Shown piece after piece: positions 39,830 to 49,194 of a DNA stretch of 64,000 nucleotides (position 1 is the first letter of the stretch; each line of letters opens with the position of its first letter). The stretch is from positions 91,244-155,243 of the forward strand of contig JBAZSE010000002.1 in assembly GCA_041662565.1 (NCBI GenBank). Reading direction: 5' to 3'. The stretch is from Patescibacteria group bacterium. GTDB lineage: Bacteria; Patescibacteriota; Patescibacteriia; UBA1558; UBA10009. Position numbers and translations under genes: made by a program. Under the pieces are notes generated by a model. The model was not told the origin of the DNA and did not search any database. It saw only the letters and a list, made by a program, of their open reading frames with translations.

Positions 39830-41434
39830 ATGAGAATTTCAAAAATCATTGTAGAAAACTACAGGTCAATTGAAAGAGTAGAGGTTATACCAGAAAATTT
39901 TTCTATTTTCGTTGGACAAAACAACCATGGAAAAACAAATTTTTTTGAAGCGATAGAATGGTTTTATAACGCTAAATCTTCAAAAGAGGATGAGCACTTT
40001 CAACGCGAAACAAGCAATACTATTAGCGTTGAAATATTATTTGAAGATGTTCAAGAATCAGACATAAATAAGTTAAAAACCGAAGGAAATAAAACAAAAA
40101 TACGTACCATGCTAGGCACAAACACTAGCTTCTCCATTATAAAAAAGAGTCCGGACAATAAAAGAAGCTACTTTGTAAACGAAGAGGATAAGGGCAATCC
40201 TTCTGGTTTAGATACCGCCATAAACGAATTTTTACCTAAATTAGAATATGTTGATACAAAATTAAGACTTGACGATGTTTCAAAATATAAAGATAAAAAT
40301 CCAATAGGCACAATGCTATCCGGGGTTCTAACTACAATTATAGAAAATTCTCAAGACTATATAAATTTCAAAGTAACATTTTCAAAACTATTTGACAGCG
40401 AGGAATCAGAAGTTCGCCAGGAATTAAATAAATTAGGCGCTAAAGTTGAGATCTACTTACAAAAACAATTTCCCGATGGCACGAAAGTTAAATTTACGGT
40501 TAATTCCCCTGAATTTACTGATTTATTGAAGAATTTTGAAACTACTGTAGATGACGGCGTTGAAACTAAGGCCGAAGACAAAGGAGATGGAATGCAGAGA
40601 GCAATTATGTTATCGATTATTCAAGCATTCGCTGATTATAGAAAGGAACAAACAGGTGGTGGCACATTTCTATTTTTAATAGATGAAGCCGAACTTCATT
40701 TGCACCCATCAGCACAAAGAGCATTAAAAAAAGCATTACTAGATATATGTTCAACCGACCAAGTTTTTATAAATACTCATTCATCAGTTCTGGTTGTTGA
40801 TAATCATGAACTGCAAAAAATATTCAAAGTTGAAAAAGAAAATAAAATTACTAATATCACAGGGGTTGGCGATGCAGAAAAAATTGATATAATTTTTGAT
40901 TTACTAGGTGGCAGTCCTTCTGATTTATTATTACCAAGAAATTTTATTATAGTTGAGGGCAGAAGTGAATTTGTTTTCATAAATACAGTTATTAAACGTT
41001 TTTATGCTGAAAAGTATAGGGGTATAAAAATTATTTTTGCCGGCGGGGATCTAGATCAACAAGAACCATCTCTTCTTGCGGTGCATAAATTATTCGTTCC
41101 CTTAGCTGGTTCAGATAATCCTATATATAAAGAAGAGGCCATTATGTTAATTGATAAACCTAATTCGGAACAACAAACAAAATATAATTCTTTTAAATCA
41201 GGCTACCCATACCTTTTCACAAATAACCAAGTTTTTGAATTAACGTCCGAAACTCTTGAGGAATATTACCCAAATGGTTATAAAAAAACAAAAAATGAAA
41301 TACAGGTGGATAAAAAAGTGTCCTATGCAGAAGAGGTGGGTAATAAAATTACACAGGCACAATTTGAATCTGAAATGAAAATTATACACGACGCGCTAGA
41401 GGCAGCAAATACAAAAGGCTTCAATGTTCAATAA
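39830..41434 (+). CDS. OLD-family ATP-dependent endonuclease (ABC-type ATPase + Toprim)
   Basis: GQNNHGKTN Walker A, LFLIDEAELHLHP Walker B/D-loop, C-terminal IIVEGRSE Toprim glutamate and GGDLD. Confidence 0.65.
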   Translation: MRISKIIVENYRSIERVEVIPENFSIFVGQNNHGKTNFFEAIEWFYNAKSSKEDEHFQRETSNTISVEILFEDVQESDINKLKTEGNKTKIRTMLGTNTSFSIIKKSPDNKRSYFVNEEDKGNPSGLDTAINEFLPKLEYVDTKLRLDDVSKYKDKNPIGTMLSGVLTTIIENSQDYINFKVTFSKLFDSEESEVRQELNKLGAKVEIYLQKQFPDGTKVKFTVNSPEFTDLLKNFETTVDDGVETKAEDKGDGMQRAIMLSIIQAFADYRKEQTGGGTFLFLIDEAELHLHPSAQRALKKALLDICSTDQVFINTHSSVLVVDNHELQKIFKVEKENKITNITGVGDAEKIDIIFDLLGGSPSDLLLPRNFIIVEGRSEFVFINTVIKRFYAEKYRGIKIIFAGGDLDQQEPSLLAVHKLFVPLAGSDNPIYKEEAIMLIDKPNSEQQTKYNSFKSGYPYLFTNNQVFELTSETLEEYYPNGYKKTKNEIQVDKKVSYAEEVGNKITQAQFESEMKIIHDALEAANTKGFNVQ

Positions 41435-42224
41435 GGATAAACGTCTTGCCATAAAATTTAAAAATTGGCTTTTAAATAAGCTTTTTGATATAATTAGTTT
41501 CAGAAAAATAAAATTTATGCCCTACTTAAAATTTATATCTGACCAAGATTTAATAAAAGCTGTCAATAAAGTTGTCGGAATTATTGAAAAAGCTGAAGAA
41601 GACGCAGACGCTACATTATATCAAAATGTCATTGACCCTTTCTCTGCCCTATTTCACGGCATTACCCATTCAATGTCATGCAAAGAATGGATTATGCAAG
41701 AAAAGGCAAGGCAAACTCAAAAAACAATGCAAAATGCCATTGGTGATTTTCACCAAGAGATATTGGGATCTATCCCCGGTTGGAAAAACCTTGGCGTAGG
41801 CGGTGGTTTAGATGTTATAAACCTAGAAAAAGAGATTATCGCTGAGGTAAAAAACAAATTCAACACAACAAAGGGTAATCACAAAGTTGAGATATATGAC
41901 GCTATTAAAATGACCTTGAAAAACAATCAGCACAAAGACTTTACTGGCTATTTTGTAGAAATTATCCCTCAAGGAAAGCGTATATACGACAAACCATTTA
42001 CCCCACCAGACAACAAAACCAAGAAAAGACGGCCTGTAAATAACAAAATACGGGTAATTGACGGCGTTAGCTTCTACGCCTTGGCTACTGGACGCAAATT
42101 TGCCTTACAGGAGCTGTTTGAAGTTTTACCAAAAGTTATATCTGAAAACCATAAATATAATCTAAATAAGGCTGAAACCGCTCAATATTTTGAATTATTT
42201 AAAAGAGCTTTTTCCACAGAATAA
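41424..42224 (+). CDS. hypothetical protein, possible PD-(D/E)xK nuclease (restriction-endonuclease candidate); start overlaps OLD gene stop
   Basis: GLDVINLEKEIIAEVKNK D...E.K arrangement; 11-nt overlap implies co-translation. Confidence 0.3.
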   Translation: MFNKDKRLAIKFKNWLLNKLFDIISFRKIKFMPYLKFISDQDLIKAVNKVVGIIEKAEEDADATLYQNVIDPFSALFHGITHSMSCKEWIMQEKARQTQKTMQNAIGDFHQEILGSIPGWKNLGVGGGLDVINLEKEIIAEVKNKFNTTKGNHKVEIYDAIKMTLKNNQHKDFTGYFVEIIPQGKRIYDKPFTPPDNKTKKRRPVNNKIRVIDGVSFYALATGRKFALQELFEVLPKVISENHKYNLNKAETAQYFELFKRAFSTE

Positions 42225-42238
42225 CCATTGCCTAGGCA

Positions 42239-43543
42239 ATGGTTATAGAATATAATAATGATAGACTAATCCTCTATCATTTTTATATGAAAACAAAAGA
42301 ACAATATTTTACAGCCGGTGAGGCTGCCGTAAAATTAGGAATCTCTATTGATACTATTAGAAGATGGGATAAAGGTGGCTTAATAAAATCTTTTCGCAAT
42401 GAAAGAAATGATCGAATCTTTAGTTTAGAGGAAATAAAAAGGATTCAAAACAAAACGCAGAGTAGTAATAGTAAAAATAAATACAAAATATTAACTAACA
42501 AAAAATCTTCTCCTTATACCGTAATTGAGCTATTTGCTGGCGCAGGCGGAACCGCTCTAGGCATGGAAAATGCTGGGATTAAGCATGTATTACTAAATGA
42601 AAATGATAAACATGCTTGCGAAACATTAAGAATTAACAAACCTAATTGGAATGTTGTTGAAGAGGATGTAAGAAAACTATCTTTCACTGAAGGCCAAGCA
42701 GACATTGTCCAAGGCGGATTCCCCTGCCAAACATTTTCCTATGCTGGTAGAAAAATGGGTTTTGAAGATATCCGGGGAACTTTGTTTTTTGAATTTGCTA
42801 GATGCGTTAAAGAGGTTAGGCCTAAAATAGCAATTGGTGAAAATGTAAAAGGATTACTAAATCACGACAACGGAAGAACGCTAAAAACTATGGTCGCTGT
42901 TTTAGAAGATCTAGGATATAGAGTTAAATGTAAAGTATTAAAATCACAATACTTTGATGTGCCTCAAAAAAGAGAACGCCTAATTATTATCGGCGTTAGA
43001 AAAGACTTAGACATTCCCATTTCATTTCCAAAAGAAAAAGATTACATAATCCCATTGCGCGAAGCTCTTTATAAATGCCCTAAATCAGAAGGTCAAGAAT
43101 ACCCAGCGAGCAAGAAAAAAATAATGGATTTAATACCACCGGGCGGATATTGGAGAAATCTACCAGAAAAACTGCAAAAAGAATATATGGGCGCTAGTTT
43201 TTTTATGGGTGGTGGTAAAACAGGGATAGCAAGGAGATTATCTTTAGACGAGCCATCGCTAACACTAACTTGTAGCCCAGCTCAAAAACAAACTGAACGC
43301 TGTCATCCTCTAGAAACACGCCCTCTTTCTGTAAGAGAATACGCTAGAATTCAAACATTCCCAGACAATTGGAAATTTGCCGGCTCTGTTGCTCAACAAT
43401 ATAAGCAGATTGGAAATGCTGTGCCCGTAAATCTTGGATACTATATTGGTGATAATATTGTAAAAATGCTAAACGGAGAGATTAAAGAAGAAGAGGAAGA
43501 GCCAATTATGTATAGACAACAAGTGTTCTCTTTTGCTACCTAA
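42239..43543 (+). CDS. DNA (cytosine-5)-methyltransferase with N-terminal MerR-like HTH; likely true start MKTKEQ near 42287
   Basis: FAGAGG (motif I), GFPCQTFS (IV), GENVKGLL (VI), QIGNAVPV (X); N-terminal GEAAVKLGISIDTIRRWDKGGLI HTH. Confidence 0.8.
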   Translation: MVIEYNNDRLILYHFYMKTKEQYFTAGEAAVKLGISIDTIRRWDKGGLIKSFRNERNDRIFSLEEIKRIQNKTQSSNSKNKYKILTNKKSSPYTVIELFAGAGGTALGMENAGIKHVLLNENDKHACETLRINKPNWNVVEEDVRKLSFTEGQADIVQGGFPCQTFSYAGRKMGFEDIRGTLFFEFARCVKEVRPKIAIGENVKGLLNHDNGRTLKTMVAVLEDLGYRVKCKVLKSQYFDVPQKRERLIIIGVRKDLDIPISFPKEKDYIIPLREALYKCPKSEGQEYPASKKKIMDLIPPGGYWRNLPEKLQKEYMGASFFMGGGKTGIARRLSLDEPSLTLTCSPAQKQTERCHPLETRPLSVREYARIQTFPDNWKFAGSVAQQYKQIGNAVPVNLGYYIGDNIVKMLNGEIKEEEEEPIMYRQQVFSFAT

Positions 43544-43690
43544 TTAGATATTTAAAACGGTTTTGGCTCAGGGGCATTCACCCCTAGCCCCTCTGCCCCC
43601 TCGCCAAAAACGGAAAAAGCAAAATTTTATAACTCAATAATTAAACTGATAAGGCAGATAAATAAGAAAAATTTACATCGGCTAACACCC

Positions 43691-43915
43691 CATATGCGGC
43701 TTAGCTTACGCCTACTATAGTAAGATTGCTATTTGAACTTAAAAATGCTTAAATTAGATTAAGCATTTTTGCTTTAGTAAGCTGTTATTACGGCGTAAGC
43801 TGCGCCCAAATTAGCTCCTCCGTGGCGGCGGTGGGCTCCCCCTCGACTTCGCTCGGGGTCGCAATTATACCACCGCCACTCCGTCGCTAACTTCGCATAT
43901 GGTGGCACGTTATAT
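43691..43915 (+). repeat. attC site 6 (hybrid long type; R' GTTATAT)
   Basis: 5' arm long-type with gcttaaattagattaagc hairpin, 3' arm short-type cgcatatggtggcacgtt. Confidence 0.65.
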
Positions 43916-43964
43916 GAAATTCAGAAGCCCCTAATTTAAATAATTAACAACAAATCATAAAATT

Positions 43965-44486
43965 ATGCAAAAAAGAACAACACTTATAATAGCTACCTTA
44001 GTCATTGCTGGTATTATTGGGGTTTATTATTATACTAAGGACACATATTCTCTATCTTTGATAAACCAACCGACGCCAATAAATATCAATTCTGATTCAG
44101 AAATAGATCCACCGACTTCAAAAAAAATCGGAGTTTCTGATCCTTCAGATTCACCTAAGACTGAGTCAAAAAACACTGATCAAAAATGGCAAGAGGAAAT
44201 ATGTAAAAACCTTTCACAAAATGAATGTGAAAATAATGATAATTGCTCAGGAGCATATGGTTCTAGTTATTGCGCTCCTAATGGAGGCCCATGTACAATG
44301 GATATGGCTTTTAAGTCATGCTTTCCTTCTGGTTTAAATGCTAACGAGATACAACAACTCAAAATGGAGTGTGATAAAATTGGCGGGGAATATAATAAAA
44401 TTGGTTCTAGCATCTATTGTAGTTGTAACAACCAGAATGACAATGTTTGCCTAAAAGAATTAATGTCAGAATTGATAAATAATTAA
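43965..44486 (+). CDS. Cys-rich secreted/membrane-anchored protein
   Basis: N-terminal TM/signal, 14 Cys in C-terminal 90 aa. Confidence 0.45.
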   Translation: MQKRTTLIIATLVIAGIIGVYYYTKDTYSLSLINQPTPININSDSEIDPPTSKKIGVSDPSDSPKTESKNTDQKWQEEICKNLSQNECENNDNCSGAYGSSYCAPNGGPCTMDMAFKSCFPSGLNANEIQQLKMECDKIGGEYNKIGSSIYCSCNNQNDNVCLKELMSELINN

Positions 44487-44501
44487 ACCCTTACGTGGGC
44501 T

Positions 44502-44676
44502 TCTGAACTTCATATAACACCCCATATGCGGTTCCGCTCGCCACTCGCAGGCTCGTGTCTCACTTCACCCAAATTGCTTGTCCGCTTAGGCGGTAGCGCT
44601 TACGCGCAATTATACCGCCACGCGTCCTGCGCAACTTCGCATATGGTGGACAGTTAGGTGAAATATCGTCCAATTT
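44502..44676 (+). repeat. attC site 7 (R'' ATATAAC ... R' GTTAGGT)
   Basis: R'' complements cassette start TTATAT. Confidence 0.7.
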
Positions 44677-44762
44677 CTGCTTCGTATATTGACAAAAATA
44701 CTCAATTAATATAGGGTAGGTTATTACGCCCTTAGTTCAACCGTTCAACTTTAGGAAAGATC

Positions 44763-45083
44763 ATGAAGGTAAAAGGGATCACAGAGGTCCAAGTTTTCGT
44801 ACGCAAAAACGAACCAGTTTCGGAAGGAGATTTTCCTCCTTCTCATTACCTGGTGGTAAGAAAACATTTCGCTTGTGGCGATTTAGTCATTGGCATTGAT
44901 AACAGATTGAATCTCGATGTTCTTCATGCCAGTACCAAACCGCACTTCCAGCTGAGTTCGTACCGACAAAAGGGCACGATTGGATTGCCGAACGACATTA
45001 TCCAAAGTGCCACAAAAATCGTCCAAGAACAGCGGGTACTGAACAGAAAGTTCAGAACAGTTAAGCTACTTTTACCTGCTTAG
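44763..45083 (+). CDS. cassette hypothetical protein, GC-rich coding sequence
   Basis: 106 aa; followed by 15-bp-stem terminator at 45089-45132. Confidence 0.4.
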   Translation: MKVKGITEVQVFVRKNEPVSEGDFPPSHYLVVRKHFACGDLVIGIDNRLNLDVLHASTKPHFQLSSYRQKGTIGLPNDIIQSATKIVQEQRVLNRKFRTVKLLLPA

Positions 45084-45088
45084 ACCAA

Positions 45089-45132
45089 TGGTGGTGTGGT
45101 GATACAATATCGCCACACCACCTCTTTTTTTT
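45089..45132 (+). terminator. strong intrinsic terminator inside cassette
   Basis: ggtggtgtggtgata caa tatcgccacaccacc + T8. Confidence 0.7.
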
Positions 45133-45157
45133 AAAAGCAGAAATTGTCCGATACATC

Positions 45158-45366
45158 ACCTAACACCGCGTATGCGGCTTTAGCTTCCGCCTCTTATAAT
45201 AAGGATTGATATTTCTAAACAAAACTGCTTAAATTAGATTAAGCGGTTTTAGTTTTAAATACAGAACGTACGGCGTAAGCTAAAGGCCTACATTGGCGGG
45301 TGGTTCCCCGCCTGCCGGCGGGATATTATACCACCCGCCAACGTCGCATACGCACGCACGTTAGGT
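45158..45366 (+). repeat. attC site 8 (long type; R'' ACCTAAC ... R' GTTAGGT)
   Basis: as site 4. Confidence 0.7.
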
Positions 45367-45480
45367 GAAATTTTACTCAACAAATACTATTTTTTAATTA
45401 AGCCCTTTTGGGATTTTTTTGTAAATGAAAAGTCCCGCATTAAATCGTTCTGCTGAACTTTTCAATGTGGGACTAACCTT

Positions 45481-45759
45481 TCAAAGGCAATGACTTTGCA
45501 TAAGTTCGCCCAATGCATGAAAGGCTACCTCGGATTGATCACCGAGTGGTATGTCGGTTGGGAAATCCCCTGGTTCTAATGGACAAACGCCATGTTCTTC
45601 CATTATAGCTTGGTTGAGTGCGATCTTGGCATCAAACAACTTTTGATCGTCGTCTGTTATGTCAACATTTGCCTCAAATTTCCAAAGCATTTCTACGGCA
45701 TTCTGCAATGTTGCCATCTGAATTTTTCTCTTGAATACGTTTGGTTCACCATGAATCAA
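45481..45759 (-). CDS. reverse-oriented cassette ORF, hypothetical protein with own promoter
   Basis: minus-strand TTGACA-17-TATTAT at ~45770-45806 immediately upstream of ATG. Confidence 0.4.
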   Translation of the reverse strand: MIHGEPNVFKRKIQMATLQNAVEMLWKFEANVDITDDDQKLFDAKIALNQAIMEEHGVCPLEPGDFPTDIPLGDQSEVAFHALGELMQSHCL

Positions 45760-45887
45760 ACAATATATAATAGCATATTATATAAAACCTGTCAAGCTTT
45801 TTAATAAAAAATACTTAAGTATAGCTAAAATTAGCCAAAAAATCCCAAAAGAGCTTAAAAATAAGGTAATTTGTTTCGTAAAACATC

Positions 45888-46094
45888 ACCTAACACCGCG
45901 TATGCGGCTTTAGCTTCCGCCTCTAAGTTCAAGGTTGATATTTCTTAACAAAACTGCTTAAATTAGATTAAGCGGTTTTAGTTCTGACTAAGAACGTGCG
46001 GCGTAAGCTAAAGGCCTACATTGGCGGGTGGTTCCCCGCCTGTCGGCGGGATATTATACCACCCGCCAACGTCGCATACGCACGCACGTTATAT
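45888..46094 (+). repeat. attC site 9 (long type; R'' ACCTAAC ... R' GTTATAT)
   Basis: as site 4. Confidence 0.7.
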
Positions 46095-46165
46095 GCCATA
46101 TTGCTCTTTGACAAGGTGTTTTTAAGAAGTGCACGAACAACAAACTAATTCATACGGAGGATGAA

Positions 46166-46429
46166 GTGAAAAACTTCTTCAACAAAATCAGCATACTCTG
46201 GCATAAGCTTAAGTTTGAGGAAAACTGGCTTAAGTTTGAGGAAAAAATTGGCTTTCTTCTAACGATTAAGCTGGTTTATGTATTAATCATCATTGGAATG
46301 ATTTATTTATGTGCTCCAGAACCCTATTCACATTATGCCCTTTGGTGTTGCTGGAGAATCATTCTCGCCGTGCTATTATACGAGCTGATTACACTTCTGC
46401 TTCAGCGTAGATGCACTAATTATAAGTAG
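46166..46429 (+). CDS. small membrane protein flanked by 20-bp inverted repeats
   Basis: 87 aa; IR aaggtgtttttaagaagtgca (46108-46127) / tgcacttcttaaaaacactt (46476-46495). Confidence 0.4.
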   Translation: MKNFFNKISILWHKLKFEENWLKFEEKIGFLLTIKLVYVLIIIGMIYLCAPEPYSHYALWCCWRIILAVLLYELITLLLQRRCTNYK

Positions 46430-46566
46430 CACGACGCAATTAACAGCAGGAAGAACACCACATGTGTTCTTCCTGCACTTCTTAAAAACACTTTGAAAGA
46501 TAATACTGAATTCAATAAATCTAATCAATTAAAAAGATTGTTTAAAATCAACGAGAGCAATACAGC

Positions 46567-46756
46567 ATATAACACCCCATATGCGGTTCCCCCGCCTACG
46601 CTTTCAGCTTCAGCGGGTTCACCCAAATTTTAATACTTTTCTTGCGGTGGCGCTCCCACCTACGCTCCTCGTCAGGCTCGGAGCTACGGCGGGCAAGCCG
46701 CGCAAATTATACCGCAATAAAAGTATTAAAACTTCGCATATGGTGGCACGTTAGCT
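46567..46756 (+). repeat. attC site 10 (R'' ATATAAC ... R' GTTAGCT)
   Basis: ccatatgcg / cgcatatgg. Confidence 0.7.
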
Positions 46757-46793
46757 GAAATTTTGTTTGCTTTTCATATAACTCAACATTAAT

Positions 46794-47240
46794 ATGTCAG
46801 AAAAAGAAAGGTTTAGACCATTCGCCGCCGCCTATCTCATACTAATTAAAGACGGGCAAGTTTTACTTTCTAAAAGACATAATACCGGATACCTAGATGG
46901 TAATTACGGCTTAATGTCCGGTCATTTTGATGGCGGTGAGACAGCTAAGCAATGTATTATTCGTGAAGCGAAAGAAGAGGCTGATACTACCTTAAGTCCG
47001 GAAGATCTTGAGGTAATTCATGTTATGCATAGACTTGAATCTGACAGGGAATATTTTGATATTTATCTTAAGTCTGAAAAATGGATTGGAGATATTACTA
47101 TCATGGAACCAGATAAATGTAGCGAGCTTAAGTGGAATAACATTGACGATCTTCCGGACAATATGGTTCCAGAAGTAAAACTTGCCCTTGAAAATATTAA
47201 TAAGGGCATACACTATGGTGAATTTGGCTGGACGGCTTGA
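46794..47240 (+). CDS. NUDIX hydrolase
   Basis: Nudix box GHFDGGETAKQCIIREAKEEADT. Confidence 0.7.
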   Translation: MSEKERFRPFAAAYLILIKDGQVLLSKRHNTGYLDGNYGLMSGHFDGGETAKQCIIREAKEEADTTLSPEDLEVIHVMHRLESDREYFDIYLKSEKWIGDITIMEPDKCSELKWNNIDDLPDNMVPEVKLALENINKGIHYGEFGWTA

Positions 47241-47269
47241 TGATAATAACAAAAGGCAAACAAAACATC

Positions 47270-47405
47270 AGCTAACACCCCATATGCGGTTCCATGCCCT
47301 TGCTAGGGCACTCCACCCAAATTGCTCGTTCGTTCGGGGGTCGGCTCCGCCGATATTATACCCCCTCACTCACTTCGCAACTTCGCATATGGTGGCACGT
47401 TAGGT
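47270..47405 (+). repeat. attC site 11 (R'' AGCTAAC ... R' GTTAGGT)
   Basis: R'' complements cassette start TTAGCT. Confidence 0.7.
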
Positions 47406-47439
47406 GCCATATCGCTAACATTTCACGACGAGATCAATT

Positions 47440-47826
47440 ATGGAAAATTCAAAACTTTCACTTTCAATATTGCCGCAAAAATTAGCAATTTGCCGGTTGA
47501 ATAAAGACGCTCGGATTCCTTCTTGGATTGACAATGATGATTATTTCTCAATCACTAAAACTAATAATGAGCTTTCGATAGTTTGTTCTGAGATCAAGGT
47601 GCCTGACGATATTAAAGCTGAAAAAAATTGGCGAGCATTAAAAGTCAACGGATTTTTGGATTTTTCACTTACGGGAATCCTCGCTTCGCTAACTACTCCA
47701 TTAGCAGAAGCTAAAATCAGTATTTTTGCCATATCAACATATGATACTGATTATATACTTGTAAAAGACGATAAGCTCGATGAAGCCGTGAAAGTTTTGA
47801 GCACTTTTTGCAACATTCAAAAATAA
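47440..47826 (+). CDS. ACT-domain-like small-molecule-binding protein
   Basis: 128 aa; ACT_7-like pattern (low confidence). Confidence 0.35.
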   Translation: MENSKLSLSILPQKLAICRLNKDARIPSWIDNDDYFSITKTNNELSIVCSEIKVPDDIKAEKNWRALKVNGFLDFSLTGILASLTTPLAEAKISIFAISTYDTDYILVKDDKLDEAVKVLSTFCNIQK

Positions 47827-47847
47827 ATTCTGAAAACGCGATACAGC

Positions 47848-48508
47848 ACCTAACACAGCGTATCTGGTTTCGTGAAAAGAAAAAATAATAAATAATTTCA
47901 GATATTTAATTAGTTCTTTTAAAATTTTATTATAAAAAAGGCCGCCTCAACCTTCTTGGGTATATTGGCGGTAATGATGTCGGCTTGAGGTAGTATTCTA
48001 CAATTTCCGAAGATCCAGAGCGGGGTTCGGGAAAAAGCAGACCTTGCCACCAAATGCATCTACTGATATGTAGAGCACGTTTGTGCCCTTTGCCTTGCAG
48101 CCGGACCTTGCCGACAAAGGTGCCACGCCGACTACGGTAGCACTTCTGCGATAGGGATCTTCCACCCTATCGCCGGGCTCAAAACCGAATTGAGCGCAAG
48201 CCTCCTTAGAAGGATCAACCTTCAAAACCGTGCCATTAAAGGCAGTAACTTCCTGCAACATTAGCACTCCCTATACTTGTGAGATTGTGTCTTGTGTATT
48301 TTTACAATTCATGGAATAGTATCATTATTTTAAAATTATGTCAATGTTAGTATAAAATTTTAAAAGAACATTAATTAAGGTAAATTATTTATTATATTTC
48401 TCTTCACTTCACCCAAATTTTCTGTTTACTTCGGGGGTAGGCTCGCTACCGCTCGCAATTATACCCCCTCCGTTCACAGAAAACTTCAGATACGCACGCA
48501 CGTTAGGC
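47848..48508 (+). repeat. split attC site 12 (~660 bp): R'' ACCTAAC + CAGCGTATCTG ... embedded minus-strand ORF ... CAGATACGCACG + R' GTTAGGC
   Basis: cgtatctg at 5' arm is reverse complement of cagatacg in 3' arm; 3' arm starts ttcacccaaatttt. Confidence 0.5.
47998..48267 (-). CDS. hypothetical protein encoded on GC-rich insert inside attC 12
   Basis: 89 aa minus-strand ORF; GC content well above flanking DNA. Confidence 0.4.
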   Translation of the reverse strand: MLMLQEVTAFNGTVLKVDPSKEACAQFGFEPGDRVEDPYRRSATVVGVAPLSARSGCKAKGTNVLYISVDAFGGKVCFFPNPALDLRKL

Positions 48509-48528
48509 GAAATTTCGCCCCTACTCAT

Positions 48529-49179
48529 ATGATTACAGAACAAGTAAAACAACTGGGTAAAAAGGTATGCGAATACCTTAAAATGAATAACATTCTTGAA
48601 AAATCTGATTGTATTTTAGTTTTAGGCAGTTATGACGAAAGGGTGGCTATTAGAGCATCAGAATTATACTTACAAGGATTAGCACCTCTGCTTGTATTTT
48701 CAGGTGGATTTGGTAAATTTGCCAAAGATAATTGGGGCGAGGCCGAAGCTGATCATTTTGCAAAAATAGCTATTAAAATGGGTGTGCCTAAAAAGAACAT
48801 CTTGATTGAAAATCAATCAACTAATACCGGAGAGAATATATTATTTACACAAAACCTCTTTCACGAAAAAGGTTTAAACCTAAATAGCTTCATTATTGTT
48901 CAAAAGCCATATATGGAAAGAAGAAGCTATGCCACTTTTAAAAAATATTGGCCCGATAAAAAAGTTTTAGTAACCTCGCCCCAATTATCTTTTGAAGAAT
49001 ACCCGACAACTGGTATATCAATGGAAAGAGTAATTAATACTGCAGTTGGCGACCTACAAAGAGTAAAACTTTATTCTGAAAATGGGTATCAGATTTTTCA
49101 AGAAATATCTAAAGATGTTTGGGATGCTTATGAACAGTTAGTGGCTCTTGGATATAATAAACGTTTAATAAAAGAATAA
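48529..49179 (+). CDS. DUF218/YdcF-like (SanA/ElyC family) protein
   Basis: STNTGENI motif (cf. STNTYEN in YdcF). Confidence 0.5.
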   Translation: MITEQVKQLGKKVCEYLKMNNILEKSDCILVLGSYDERVAIRASELYLQGLAPLLVFSGGFGKFAKDNWGEAEADHFAKIAIKMGVPKKNILIENQSTNTGENILFTQNLFHEKGLNLNSFIIVQKPYMERRSYATFKKYWPDKKVLVTSPQLSFEEYPTTGISMERVINTAVGDLQRVKLYSENGYQIFQEISKDVWDAYEQLVALGYNKRLIKE

Positions 49180-49194
49180 TCGGGGCGAAACATC

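Noticed and set aside
45592-45804. 70-aa plus-strand ORF in cassette 9
   Set aside because: Overlaps the better-supported minus-strand ORF and its promoter, with low-complexity composition.
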